DNA of 63,374 bases, filler included, from Rhabdomonas costata (GCA_019059605.1; 43 parts of 43 records of this genome joined end to end with filler, not necessarily neighbours in it), one strand, 5' to 3'; positions 1 through 11,075 are shown, counted from the first letter of the whole stretch. Notes: generated by a model not told the origin, from the letters alone. Made by a program: numbers and translations.

Positions 1-252
1 TTGTGTCGAGGGAGGATGTTGGTGCGTAGGGTGTGTGTGCTGTCATCCTAGTGGTTATGGGCATTGGCACATCCAAGCCATCCACGCCCAGCAACCCACC
101 GAAGTCAGCCCGTGGGTTCATGGCCGATGCAAAGGTCGGAGTGAGCGGAAGCACCCTATGGTGGAGAAGCGAACGTAGAGACACGTGTAGAAGAAGAGCA
201 GGAGTGAAGGGTCGCATCTTCGCTGATGCTCCGATGCTCCACGTGTTGATGC

Positions 253-1068
253 TGGTTCGTTCCACAGCCACAAGGCGCTTCCACTCACTGAACCCGAAGA
301 GGAATGCCGAAGAGGGAACTCAGACTGACGTCGGTACGTTCCTCCTCTTGACGTCGTGACTCTCGGTGCCTCGAGTCCCTCCTCTTTGTGTGGGTCGCTT
401 CACCACCCTAAGGATGGTTACGCTCACTGGGTCAACTCAATGCATAGACGTCAGCATTCTCGGTGCCTCGAATGCTTTCTCTGTATGTTGGCTCGCTCCA
501 CCGCTGTCACGGCTACGCTCACAGGTTCACAATCGCCCTATCGTCGCTACGCTCCTCAATGTCCTCATGTTCTCAATCAATGGCTGTATTCTGGTCACTC
601 CGACTCTCACTCGCATCAGCTCGTTCGTGTCTTCGTTCCTTGGTCGCTGCGTCACAATCGCTACGCTTATGTTCCTTGCTCCTGTTGGGTATTCTGTTTC
701 TCGGTCGTCGCTACGCTCCTTCCTCGTTCCTTGGTCGCTCATTCGCATCAGCTCATTCGCTCCTGACTTCAGGATTCTCAGGGCTTCGAATCCTTCCTCT
801 GATGGTGGTTCGTTCCACCGGCATAGGCCGCTTCCACTCACCCTACCTGCGGTGCTAGAGAGTAAGAGTAAGAGAGGGAAGGGGCTCGAAGGGTACTGAG
901 AGACCCAACAGTGGGGTTTATGCTGGTCGTGAGGTCGCTGCGCTCCCTCACTCCCTAGATGTTGAACTCAAAGGGTGCTGTCGGTCGTCACTCGCTACGC
1001 TCGTTCCTCTCGACGTCAGGATTCTCAGGGCTTCGAATCCTTCCTCTGATGGTTGGTTCGTTCCACCG
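253..1068 (+). repeat. Mosaic of shuffled short repeats, including a ~56-nt direct repeat (765-820 / 1012-1068)
   Basis: Recurrent TCGCTACGCTC-like, GGTTCGTTCCAC (x3), CGCTTCCACTCAC (x2), TCTCGGTGCCTCGA (x2), TCGTTCCTTGGTCGCT (x2) and TCGCATCAGCTC (x2); the long repeat contains the hairpin AGGATTC-N10-GAATCCT. Confidence 0.85.
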
Positions 1069-1378
1069 CCATGAGGACCTATGTCTACCCCTCCTGCATC
1101 TCTCATCTTCGCATCCAATACTCCCTCACACCACTCGATTTTACCCCGTTTTGGTCTTTAAGTCCACATCATGGTCCACTGGTATTCCACATCTCCTGCA
1201 CTCATGCCTTTGATGGTAGGGTTGGTGTCAGGGGTCTCAGGATGCAGGTAGGTCCATCATACCCCATCATCTCCCCGGGGTCATGGGCTATCTTTCTGGT
1301 AGGGTGGGAGGGTCCGTTGGTCCCTAGGGTCCCACCTACGTCTACCCCTTCCCTCAGGTCATGGGGACCCCCCCACCC

Positions 1379-1478
1379 NNNNNNNNNNNNNNNNNNNNNN
1401 NNNNNNNNNNNNNNNNNNNNNNTTAATTAATTAANNNNNNNNNNNNNNNNNNNNNNNNNNNNNNNNNNNNNNNNNNNN
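1379..1478. other. Artificial contig-joining spacer N44-TTAATTAATTAA-N44 (first of ~42 copies, one every ~1475 nt)
   Basis: Identical 100-nt spacer recurs at regular intervals; TTAATTAATTAA gives stops in all six frames. Neighbouring contigs are not biologically adjacent. Confidence 0.98.
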
Positions 1479-2001
1479 TATTATGGGGAAAAACTACAGG
1501 GACATGTCCATCACCTCCCTACCCCCTGCAATAAGCTTCTATTGGAATCCACTGTAAATCAGTTGGAAGAACCGATGAACTGGATCCCAGTGGACCCAGG
1601 CATGGCCTACTAACCCCCTGCCATCTCAGGAAGGGACCCATAAAATTTAATTATATAGTATAATGGCTAAAATACCCCATTATACGGGCACCCCCCCCCC
1701 GAAGTATTGTCCGCGTCACCTCAAAAAGTCACAACTTACAAAAGTGTGCACTAAATCAGGTGTTTTCGGACTTAGAAGCTAAAACGGATGGTGAAAAGAC
1801 TGGGCTCCAGTGCATATCGGTTGTGCTTAATCTTTCAAGCTGATTTTAACCTTCTACGGTCACCTCTTACTGTTGAGGTGACGCGGGCCATATATTTCAG
1901 TAGGCTTATGGAGCCTGTGTTGTATATTTCTCTGAACGATCAGCTCTGTGTTATCAACCAGCCCGATGCAGAATCTTAGCGGCATTTTTTGCTCGACACA
2001 G

Positions 2002-2266
2002 CTTTGCCGGGGGCGCCCCTGTGGTATCCCGAACGACTGCATTTGCCCGGATGAACTTGGATGCTCTGCGAGGCACCAATGACCCCACCATTTACATGGC
2101 TTCTGTCACCCCCAACGAGTTCTACAACGCCAGTGAGACGGTGTACTTCTACGTCGACCAGGAGACAGGGCAGCCTGTCTCTGCCCTTTTCCGGCAAACG
2201 GGTCCGCTGGTGGTTTCGTCGGCCGACCTCGCCAGCCCGGAGTCGTTTGTGTGGAAGAACGAGCTG
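2002..2266 (+). CDS. Internal exon of an unknown protein (FAGGAPVVSRTTAF...FVWKNEL)
   Basis: CAG acceptor, GTACGT donor, open frame with GC3-rich codons; no family recognised. Confidence 0.55.
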
Positions 2267-3674
2267 GTACGTGGGACATCAAGAGAAGGCTTGTCCGTTT
2301 TCCCCCTATTTTGAGTATAGAGCTATTTGGAAAGTCTGTGTGGTGCTCTGTGTCCTCCTGAAACAAGCACAGCGCAATTGTCTACGAAAGCACGTAACAA
2401 ACTAACTTGCCTGTGAGATAAGGTAGATATGAGATTGAAAGAGAACAGGGAGGGGAAGGAACAAGTGAGAGGGAGGTAAAAAGTGCAGCAGTGGGTGTGG
2501 AGAAGACTAGCTACATCGAAGGCCTATATGCCGTGGGAAAGCACGTTCATCTCACTAAGCCGCTTTCTATGTTCAGGTAAGTTGAATGCGAGAGATTACT
2601 ATGCTTGAGGGTCATCCTTGCATTACTGAGGAACGTTTTCTGTCCACTTGTCTGTTGCAATTGGAGCCTCTCTGTGAACCTGGTCCTATTGACAGGGGGA
2701 ACGGTTCCCACTGGTAACGGAAAACATATCAAAGTTGCTCTAGCTGATGCAAGCACCCTGTGCCAGTGTCCAATCTTCGTTTGCACATCAGATATGGTGC
2801 TGGTCAAGGGAGCCAATAGCTGAGATACTGGCGGAGGAGTTTGAACCACCACCCNNNNNNNNNNNNNNNNNNNNNNNNNNNNNNNNNNNNNNNNNNNNTT
2901 AATTAATTAANNNNNNNNNNNNNNNNNNNNNNNNNNNNNNNNNNNNNNNNNNNNGGTTTTTGTGTTAAAGATCAGAGACACGAGGTTGTTTCTGTTCATT
3001 TCCCACAGATCACGTTTAACTCCATTTTTTGGACCTTTTTTTTATACCTTTTTCGAGTGTTGAAAATAGAGCAAAACTCTCAGCACTCATCACCGCGCAC
3101 CCACATGCCCCCCTTCCAATATTCACATACAATGTCTCTCTGGTTGGTTGGGGACTCTCAGTTGATGAAGGTGGTGGTGGGGAAAGCCAACGCACAGATG
3201 TCGTGCCCCGCCGCAAAGGACAGGGTGACAAGGGCCAAGCACAAGCACAAACACACAGACACGTGGGAAGAGACGACACGAAGATGTCGTCTCTTCCGTC
3301 AAAAGAAAGAGGAGAGATAAGAAACAGAAGTGGCACCTTGGGGCCTGCGATTCTCGCAGCTCCATGGTAATCCGGCGCCAGAAGCTGTGTCTATGTCCTT
3401 ACCCGAATTCTCACACACAGAGGTTGTACATGCTGCAACACACTGCCATCTACTCATTAAGTGACCACGTACTATTTTGCTGGAAACTTGGGAGGGGGGG
3501 TGATCTGCTCGAAGACAAGCAATTTGAAGAGAAACCCGGAATTTCCCGATAACACGCGAAAAAAGGCACACCAATGTCAACCCCTCTTTCTCTCTCTCTC
3601 TCTCTCTCTTTTGTTTTTTGTGTGTGTATGTGAGTGTGTGTGTGTGTAAGTTGTGAATATGTTTGCGTTCCCAG

Positions 3675-4116
3675 AAAGAGATCTCTAAGCGTGCTGGTCG
3701 GTGTTCCAAGTTCCCCCAGTTCCTTGTCGATCGTGGAATACATTTGCTGATCAAATGTGGAGGGTTAGCTTCTAGCCTGTACCAAAGCACCTGCACCAGA
3801 ACACCTTCAGCGGAGGCACCTCCAATGTGTTCGCGGCTTTGCGCTTTCACTTGGCAGACCAATTTGCACCCGTCTAGGGAAATGTCTCGCCTCAGTGTTA
3901 AAGTTTGGAATCCAGGCACGTGTTCCTTGCGCCCTGGAACCTCATTGCTGTCTCCCTTTAGCCAACACCAGCACGACCGCCTCCTTTGTGAACGCTTTCG
4001 CTGCCCGAGCAGGGTTTTTCGACCCTGTGCTCTCGCTGCAACCGGTGCTGGAGCGACTGGCGGCTGGGGGCTCCTCCCCTGTTACGATCCCTCCGTCACT
4101 GCTGACTCTCAAGGAG
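3675..4116 (+). CDS. Three exons of an unknown protein (3675-3700, 3878-3915, 3962-4116); second intron is GC-AG
   Basis: Phases join into KEISKRAGR-EMSRLSVKVWNP-ANTSTTASFVNAF...LLTLKE; intron 3701-3877 is GT-AG and intron 3916-3961 is GCACGT...TTTAG. Confidence 0.5.
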
Positions 4117-4901
4117 GTCCACATCCAATGTGTTTTTTTGGGGGGGGGGGCGACACCGGCTTAAAAAAAAAAGGGCAGAAAAAACCGAATACTTGGTCTT
4201 GGTCTTGCCAACTTCCCAGCTCTACTCCTTGTTGTACGAAATGCAAAAAACAATAGCCATAAAAATGGAACTTCCAGTGATGGGAGCAATGTAGGTCTGC
4301 GGCACAGCAATCTGTAATCTGACACAGCCTCNNNNNNNNNNNNNNNNNNNNNNNNNNNNNNNNNNNNNNNNNNNNTTAATTAATTAANNNNNNNNNNNNN
4401 NNNNNNNNNNNNNNNNNNNNNNNNNNNNNNNTTGTGGGTTGTCATGCATTACTTCATATTTCTTGTGTGTTGAGTTGCGGGTTCGGACAATAGGAGGGTT
4501 AGGACAATAGTTTGGAAGGCGAGAGAGGTTCGGTTGAGCCATTGCATCCTGGCACTTCGTGCACGTGACTCTGGTTGAATTATAAGAGTAGTAGAAATAT
4601 GACAGCAGCGCTTCATGCACCTCAACTGGAGAAGCAGGTACAGAAACAGTGTCAATGACCCATCATGACCCATGATGTACTGATATGAAACATAGTACAA
4701 AATGAACTTAAAGTACAATGGTGACTGTACACCCAAGAGGCGGGTCAGGGTCCGTTTCCCAGTTATAGGCGAGACGAAGACGAGTTGCAAGGCAACAAAA
4801 CCCTGTGTGTTACCGCAATTTCGGCCAATATCCAAGTTGGTGTGCTTGTGTCTTCGGACAGCACCCTTATTGCTACATAGACCCTCTCATAGCAGACGGA
4901 C

Positions 4902-5441
4902 CTCCCTGATGGAGCAGCAGATGCACCCGTTGGCCATCTGCACCAGCTTCTCCTCGCCGTTCCCGAGCGCCTTGATGGAGTCGATGCTGATCTCGCTCAG
5001 GTCGTTGACAATCACTGCAATCTTCATCCCGTGGTTCTCCTGAAGAATGCGCTTCAGGAGAGTTGTCTTACCTGCAGAGGGGGAACCATTACCATGGTGA
5101 TCACGATGACCATGGTCGTAATCGCAGTGAAGTGCACTGGTAATCGTGAATGACGCTGCTCATCAATTAAGTCTGGGACACATTTCTGCTCGATATGATC
5201 TGGTCTCGGAGAGGGAGGATAAAGACATATTTCTAGTATCTATTTGGTGACTATAAATGAGCATACTCAAAAAGTCCTAATTACAACTGCAGGTCATGGT
5301 ACCCCCACCCCGCACACAAGGTTTGCTGCAAACTGTGAGGCTCAGTGAGATGAACCAAATTGCCCGCATATCCCCCTTCCTCCAAGTACCAGCCCCGAGG
5401 AAACCACTTAGGACCGTCGTGGGCAATCGCTGGTCTGCCAT
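4902..5441 (-). CDS. COG0523 (CobW/YciC/ZigA) G3E zinc metallochaperone GTPase, first two exons (5441-5390, 5071-4902)
   Basis: Spliced MADQRLPTTVLSGFLGAG|KTTLLKRIL...KIAVIVNDLSEISID...EEKLVQMANGCICCSIRE: Walker A and GCxCC motifs; GT-AG intron 5389-5072. Confidence 0.93.
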
Positions 5442-6020
5442 GAGCAGGAAGAGAGATGTGGGTCAGTACAAACACTGTTGACAAACGAGGCCTTGCGATC
5501 CCACAAAAAACCTGACAAAATGGGATAGCCAAAGTGCCGAGGCCAACTTCCTGACACCATCAGGCCCGGACTCACTCGCAGCAGCGAAGAAACCATTGAA
5601 AACCCAACGACAACTTCGGAAACATCAATGCATATGAATGGCACCAGCAAGGCCCTTGACGTTTTTGTTTCAGTTTGAGGAAAAGACAACAAGACAACAA
5701 TAAAAAAGCAAAGGACAATTGTGGGACCCTTGTTTCGGGCGAGCGATCAGAAAACTGGCCTACAGGGAAAGCACTGCCTCAGCTGGCCAGCCCTGCTGCC
5801 AACACACANNNNNNNNNNNNNNNNNNNNNNNNNNNNNNNNNNNNNNNNNNNNTTAATTAATTAANNNNNNNNNNNNNNNNNNNNNNNNNNNNNNNNNNNN
5901 NNNNNNNNGGGTGTTGTTCATTGCCGCAGTGCGGCTTTTTTTGGAGACACCTTTCCACTTTTCCTCGGTTCTCTTTTCAAGAAAACCGTTTTAAGGAGTG
6001 AAATACATTTTGTTTGTCAG

Positions 6021-7045
6021 GCGGAGACGGAGAAATTCACGTTTCAGCCCATCACGCAGGAGGAAAAGCCCTATCCGGAAGGCCTGTTCAAGATGCTAAA
6101 CTTCATCACTCCAGAGGTGTCCTCTGTCTTGTCACGTCTACGAGTGCCTCTGCTTTTTTCCTGCTGCTTGCTGCCAGGAAAAAAAAGTTGGATGAGGTAA
6201 TCTTCCGAAGGGGCACTGTGCAAATAAAAATGTCAAAAAAGCGTCCAACGCGACCACCTCCAACAGTGTGTTCATCTTTCGCGTCTCCGAGCGTGACTTC
6301 CTTGAATGCCTGTGCCTCGGCCCTGCGTCTGTCTCATTTCCTGCCGTTTAGCAGCGGCTTACTTACTTGCTTCCTGGTTTTTTCTTATACTCGTCGATAA
6401 ACCCTCCGCTGCGTTGGGGAAAGAAGCCGCAGATAAAAAAGGAAGAGCCGCCAAGGGGCAGGGGTGGGTACCGGCCTGAGGTTGCAAGGACCGGCCTACT
6501 GTAGCGTTTCTGGAGGCCCGCTGTGTATACAAAATACCCGGGGCATGTTTCGGCGTCGCCCTCCAACGTTTTGTGCTGGTAAATTTTTAGCTCCCTGCTG
6601 CTGATCACCTGTCATTCCCATCACTTTTTTATACTCGTTTACGCTATTGTGTTTCGCACAGCAGCTCTTGATCATCGCATGGTAACTCCGCAATTAACCT
6701 GTGCAGAGCAGACCAACGCCCCCCGACTCCAGACTACCCGTTGCCTCAGTTGAACGAACGAGCGGATAGTTTTTGAGAATTTCAAATTCCCAGAGAGGGG
6801 GATTTGAGCAGCAGCCCGTGTGGGGCCGACACTTTAGTGCGAGCAGTGTATGTTTGGGTGCATGTACGGGCGTGGTGCAGGAAGAGAGCATTTTGGCGGA
6901 CGAGATCTACCGCGAGAAGTGGTCCAGTGACCTGGCCCGCCGCACGCAGCAGTTCGGGTTCAAGTTTGTCCACCGCACCAGTGAGATCGTCCCGGCGGAC
7001 CCCATTCCAGAGTACTACACCCCAATCATAGCGAAGCTGTGCAGG
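6021..7045 (+). CDS. AlkB-family 2OG-Fe(II) dioxygenase, two exons (6021-6116, 6881-7045)
   Basis: PEGLFKMLNFITPE|EESILADEIYREKWSSDLARRTQQFGFKF fits the AlkB N-terminal pattern (PxGLxxxxxFIxxxEE...W...RRxQxxGxxx); GT-AG intron. Confidence 0.75.
6393..6561 (+). mobile_element. Structured dispersed element, copy A (diverged), in the AlkB-gene intron
   Basis: Shares AAACCCTCCGCTGCGT, AAGAGCCGCCAAG, CAAGGACCGGCC, GCGTTTC.GGAGGCC.GCTGT and TTCGGC..GCCC with the reverse complement of 46868-47137 and 62364-62619. Confidence 0.8.
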
Positions 7046-8926
7046 GTAGGGCTCAGCCCGTCAGTCTCTCCTTTCCTCGGTTTTTGATGAACTGCTTTTT
7101 GCTTCAAGCAGCCTGAGGCGGGCCGTGGTGCTTCCTGAACTGCCCCGATAAACGCAATCGCTTTATGATTTAATTGAAGCCCCATCTGCTTCCCCCCTTT
7201 CTGAATTCACGAATGCGTAAGATCCACTGAAAGCTCGTTCCAGGGCTAAAAGATCTCGAACAAGAGTTCGTCCGGACCCACACAANNNNNNNNNNNNNNN
7301 NNNNNNNNNNNNNNNNNNNNNNNNNNNNNTTAATTAATTAANNNNNNNNNNNNNNNNNNNNNNNNNNNNNNNNNNNNNNNNNNNNGTTGGGGTGGGGAAA
7401 GCAGCGAGTGGTCCAGCTAAGAAGAATGAGGAGTGGGTGGGTTGTGTGTTTGTGGGTGGGTGGCGTCCGACGGCGTTCGCTTTAGTTCTTTTTTCCCATT
7501 TGGAACGGTGCGATTGCCTTGATGCGGGAGCTGGCTTCCTTTGGGGGAGTGGGCTTCTGGTGTGGGCTGTAGCCTATTGTTTTGTGTTTGGGTGATGGTT
7601 CAGAGTCTTTTTTGTTAGGGACTGCGCTTTCCTAGTGAGCTGCATTTCCTTTGTGTGCTTTTTGTGCTGCAAATTTCCACAATTCCTGGGGGTGTTAGTT
7701 GACGCAACACCAGCGGTACAACACCACTGTAAGCACTGCGGTGGTTTTGGCTGGTGTGAGCTTCCACTCCACCGTTTTGCGTTATGCAGAGCTCAGGTTG
7801 CTCGAAGCAGCGCGGGCTCCCCTACTTTTTGAAGCCTCGTCGCGGAAGCTTTTCGGTTTCGCGGGCGGGTTCGTTCGGCAGTTCTAACTGAGCATCACCT
7901 GCCTTATGTAATGTCCGAGCCAAGACCCCAACTCTGGGCGCGCCACAGTGCCAGCCCTTGGCCTCCAGCGTCTTCTGGTCATCCAGAACAGCGCATCCTA
8001 CGGTCAACCCAAGGCGCACAGCTGCAGCAAGAGAAAGTCCGCACTGCGTTGGAACCGCATGGCGTTGCCGAAAGTCACCACGGGCAAACGGGCCCCGAAG
8101 AGAAGCTGCACGAGGAGACGCAGCGGACCCTGCGATGTTGTGTTTTGTTTGATTTTTCCAAAATTTTTATTATTTTTATTTTTTTCCAAATTATTTTTGG
8201 TCGGCGCCACATGAATGGTGAGAAGCTAAAGCTAAGCTATGGTCACCCGCACGTCGGGTAACTTTGGTATATCCCACAAGAAACACAAGAAGGGTGAGAC
8301 ACTTTGTTGGCATGGTTAACATAGGGAGACATTTTGAAATGCCCAAACCCCCTGGAAGTCCCTGAAAAGCGCTTTTTGGTACTTTTCCAACTCTCGCCTT
8401 TGTGGTGGAACGGGCGGGACACATGCAAAAAGTTAAAGTAAATCTTGAATAAATACTAAGACGTGATCACATCAAACTCGAAGAACCAGAAATAGCCACA
8501 AAAAAGATATGACCTAATCTTGAAAAAAAAATTAGGTTAAGATCCAACCTCCTGAAAACGCAAATGCTTTCAACAACACCTACGCGCTGGGACCAGCTGG
8601 GAGGACGAGAGGAAAAGCAAAAATGTATCCCCCAGGACGATTTCACGAATTTAACCCTTCACCCCAAAGGGAGATCGATACTGCGCCATTTCTTACCATC
8701 TCTTTTAGTTCTCCGCTTCCCTGCTTGTCCCTCCTTTCCTCATTTTCGGACACAAAACACCANNNNNNNNNNNNNNNNNNNNNNNNNNNNNNNNNNNNNN
8801 NNNNNNTTAATTAATTAANNNNNNNNNNNNNNNNNNNNNNNNNNNNNNNNNNNNNNNNNNNNTGTGTTGGGTGTGGGTGGGGTGTTGGGTCTGGTGTTTC
8901 CTTTCCTGATATCGCCTTTCCAGGCA

Positions 8927-9708
8927 AGGATGCCTCTGCATGGTTCCTTGGTTTCTGACGCTCAATGACGGCACCTCAGCAGTCTGAGCCACTGGCTGAC
9001 AAGCATCCCCCCCCTTCCTTCAATCGTTTCCGGACGAGATTCGGCGTTGGCACTGCAGCTTCATTTCTTTGGTTGCTCTGTGACTTACAAGGTGTGATGT
9101 CTGACTTTTGACAGGCCCATAGCAGGTCGCTCGCTTTTTCCATGCGAGTCGGCTAGTCACCTGGGCCAAGATGGCTTGTGTTGACCAGAACCAACAGACA
9201 GTGAGCGGTTTGGTGGTTAATTTTTTTGCTCCGTCTTCAACGCCCCCAGACCCAGTGCAGATCTTTTTTTTCTGAGTCGCCAATCACTGGGCCGAGACGG
9301 CTCCCCCTGTTCCGCGGCGGTTTTCAGGCCCATAGTTAATGTTGCAAAAATGGTACGTTTTTTATCCGTGAAACACTTTCTGTGTCAGTGTGGCGTGATG
9401 GAAATCGACCTTTTTTCGACCGTTTTTTCGACCGATGGGTAAGGTGGGGCGACACCTGGTGACGAACTCCGACTTTTGCTGTCCAAAAAAACATTGCTTG
9501 TGTTCACACACTTGTGAGATTTGAGTTGCGAAATTTGTAAGCGTTTACAATAACTGGCAAACCAATGGCAAACCAGCCCCCCCTCCCCCAGCATAAAATT
9601 CGGTTTGACCTGCGGACACACCTGACGTTGCGCTGGGTATAGCGAGGATGTCTCTGCATGGTTCCTTGGTTTCTGACGCCCTATGACGGCACCTCAGCAG
9701 TCTGAGCC
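8927..9708 (+). repeat. 64-nt direct repeat (8927-8990 and 9645-9708, 3 mismatches)
   Basis: AGGATGYCTCTGCATGGTTCCTTGGTTTCTGACGC...ATGACGGCACCTCAGCAGTCTGAGCC occurs twice, 718 nt apart. Confidence 0.9.
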
Positions 9709-9958
9709 CGCAAAGACCAGCTGTATTTCTTTGTTCTCGTCTGATGTTCTTGTTTTCTTTGTCGCCATTACAACTTTTTAGCGCCATGTCAGCATGCCAA
9801 TGATGGCCCCGTATCCCACCCGCTCCCTTTTGCTTCCGAATTGCCCAGCCACCCGAAAGTCACTTTTTTCGCTCTCGCTTCACTCACTTTTCTTCAACAC
9901 ATAGCGGCGCTTGGGAGGAAGCACTATGACTGTTCCGCCATTTGACACCCACGCACAG

Positions 9959-10230
9959 GTGCTGATATGCCCGTGTGCATCACCATCCTGAACTCCTACA
10001 GTGGGTGGGCTCTGGTATGCGAGGGCTTCATGCTGAACAACAGCCTGCTCACCATTGTGGGTTCCCTCATTGGAAGCAGTGGTGCCATCCTGACCTGGTG
10101 TGTGATGCTGAACTTCTGGGCTATGAAGACTTTGACAGAAAGTCAGTTGTTTTGGTCAGAGTATGCCCTGACCGAGCGTGTCATGGGGAATGGTCTGCTT
10201 TTCGTTGTAGGATCATGTGCGTGGCCATGA
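9959..10230 (+). CDS. NNT: NAD(P) transhydrogenase, beta (PntB-like) membrane region; exons 9959-10097 and 10211-10230
   Basis: (G)[53 protein letters not shown] is the canonical PntB signature; 113-nt GT-AG intron. Confidence 0.96.
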
Positions 10231-10340
10231 CCCCACAAANNNNNNNNNNNNNNNNNNNNNNNNNNNNNNNNNNNNNNNNNNNNTTAATTAATTAANNNNN
10301 NNNNNNNNNNNNNNNNNNNNNNNNNNNNNNNNNNNNNNNT

Positions 10341-10465
10341 TTGGGGTCAAGGATGTGGTTGGGGTGCATGGCCTTGCAGGCGAAGGTGGGCTCGGCCAGC
10401 AAAGCACAGGCGCGGTCGTTGCGGGCGGCCAAGGCCACAGCCAAAGGCACCACCCCGGAAGCATC
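10341..10465 (-). CDS. Exon, possibly ankyrin-repeat-like
   Basis: CAG acceptor, then DASGVVPLAVALAARNDRACALLA, resembling the ankyrin DxxGxTPLHxA pattern. Confidence 0.4.
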
Positions 10466-10561
10466 CTGCGAACAGACGAAGGAAATGAATGAAATGAAAT
10501 GAAAAATGAAATGAAGGAAAGGGATGGACGAGTGGAATTAATTATGGCCTTCCGTGCATAG

Positions 10562-11075
10562 TTGCGGGACACAGTGAAAACAGCTGAGGCTGTTGTTATG
10601 GGTGGAAGACAATGTATTGTGTTCTTCTGGGACCCACTCAGCTGGGGATTCAAAACGCCTTACTTTGAGGATCAGTCCCCAAACCCAATTCCATTGTTTT
10701 TCACAGAAACCTCTGAAAGGCGGTACGACGCTGTGGTGTGGCCGTACTTCTTTGCCCAGCATCGCCGAGACATAAACTCTATCTTATACCTTCAGCAAAA
10801 TGAGGGCTCTGTCAACCGATCCCAGCGCTTGGTCACGATAAAATACAGGGACATTGTTAGACATTAGGGAATCGGGTATTTTCTGTGGCACTGCCACCTC
10901 CGCTGAACCTGACTCTCTGAGTGCCTCAAAGTGGCAACTTTCATCACAAATACAATCACTGCAGCGACAGTGTACTCTGCCGATGTCTGGGGCGGCTGCG
11001 GCAGCAGCAGGAGCTTGTGGAGCTGTCCCCTGGGGGGATATGGTGGGCTACAGATTGCAAGAGGCTTGGGCTTCC
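10562..11075 (+). pseudogene. Intronless, stop-interrupted coding-like stretch of unknown family
   Basis: Same frame reads as protein-like (FKTPYFEDQ...DAVVWPYFFAQH...ILYLQQNE...GIGYFLWH...VYSADVWGG) across in-frame stops. Confidence 0.3.

Noticed and set aside
771-800. TTCGAATCC in contig 1 as a tRNA T-loop
   Set aside because: No cloverleaf; it is one arm of an AGGATTC/GAATCCT hairpin in a duplicated block.
1423-1434. Regularly spaced TTAATTAATTAA as a CRISPR-like or biological periodic repeat
   Set aside because: Always embedded in 44-N blocks; it is a synthetic six-frame-stop linker, and the period only reflects length-sorted contigs.
5087-5125. His/Asp-rich plus-strand codons next to the metallochaperone exon
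   Set aside because: Wrong strand and inside the intron; not the His-rich linker of the protein.
7635-8150. CKHCG-containing frames as a TnpB/Fanzor or zinc-ribbon remnant
   Set aside because: No RuvC motifs or second CxxC pair; frames are short and broken.
4902-10230. Apparent gene cluster (metallochaperone, AlkB, transhydrogenase) or any operon-like system across the window
   Set aside because: The genes lie on different contigs; adjacency is artificial.
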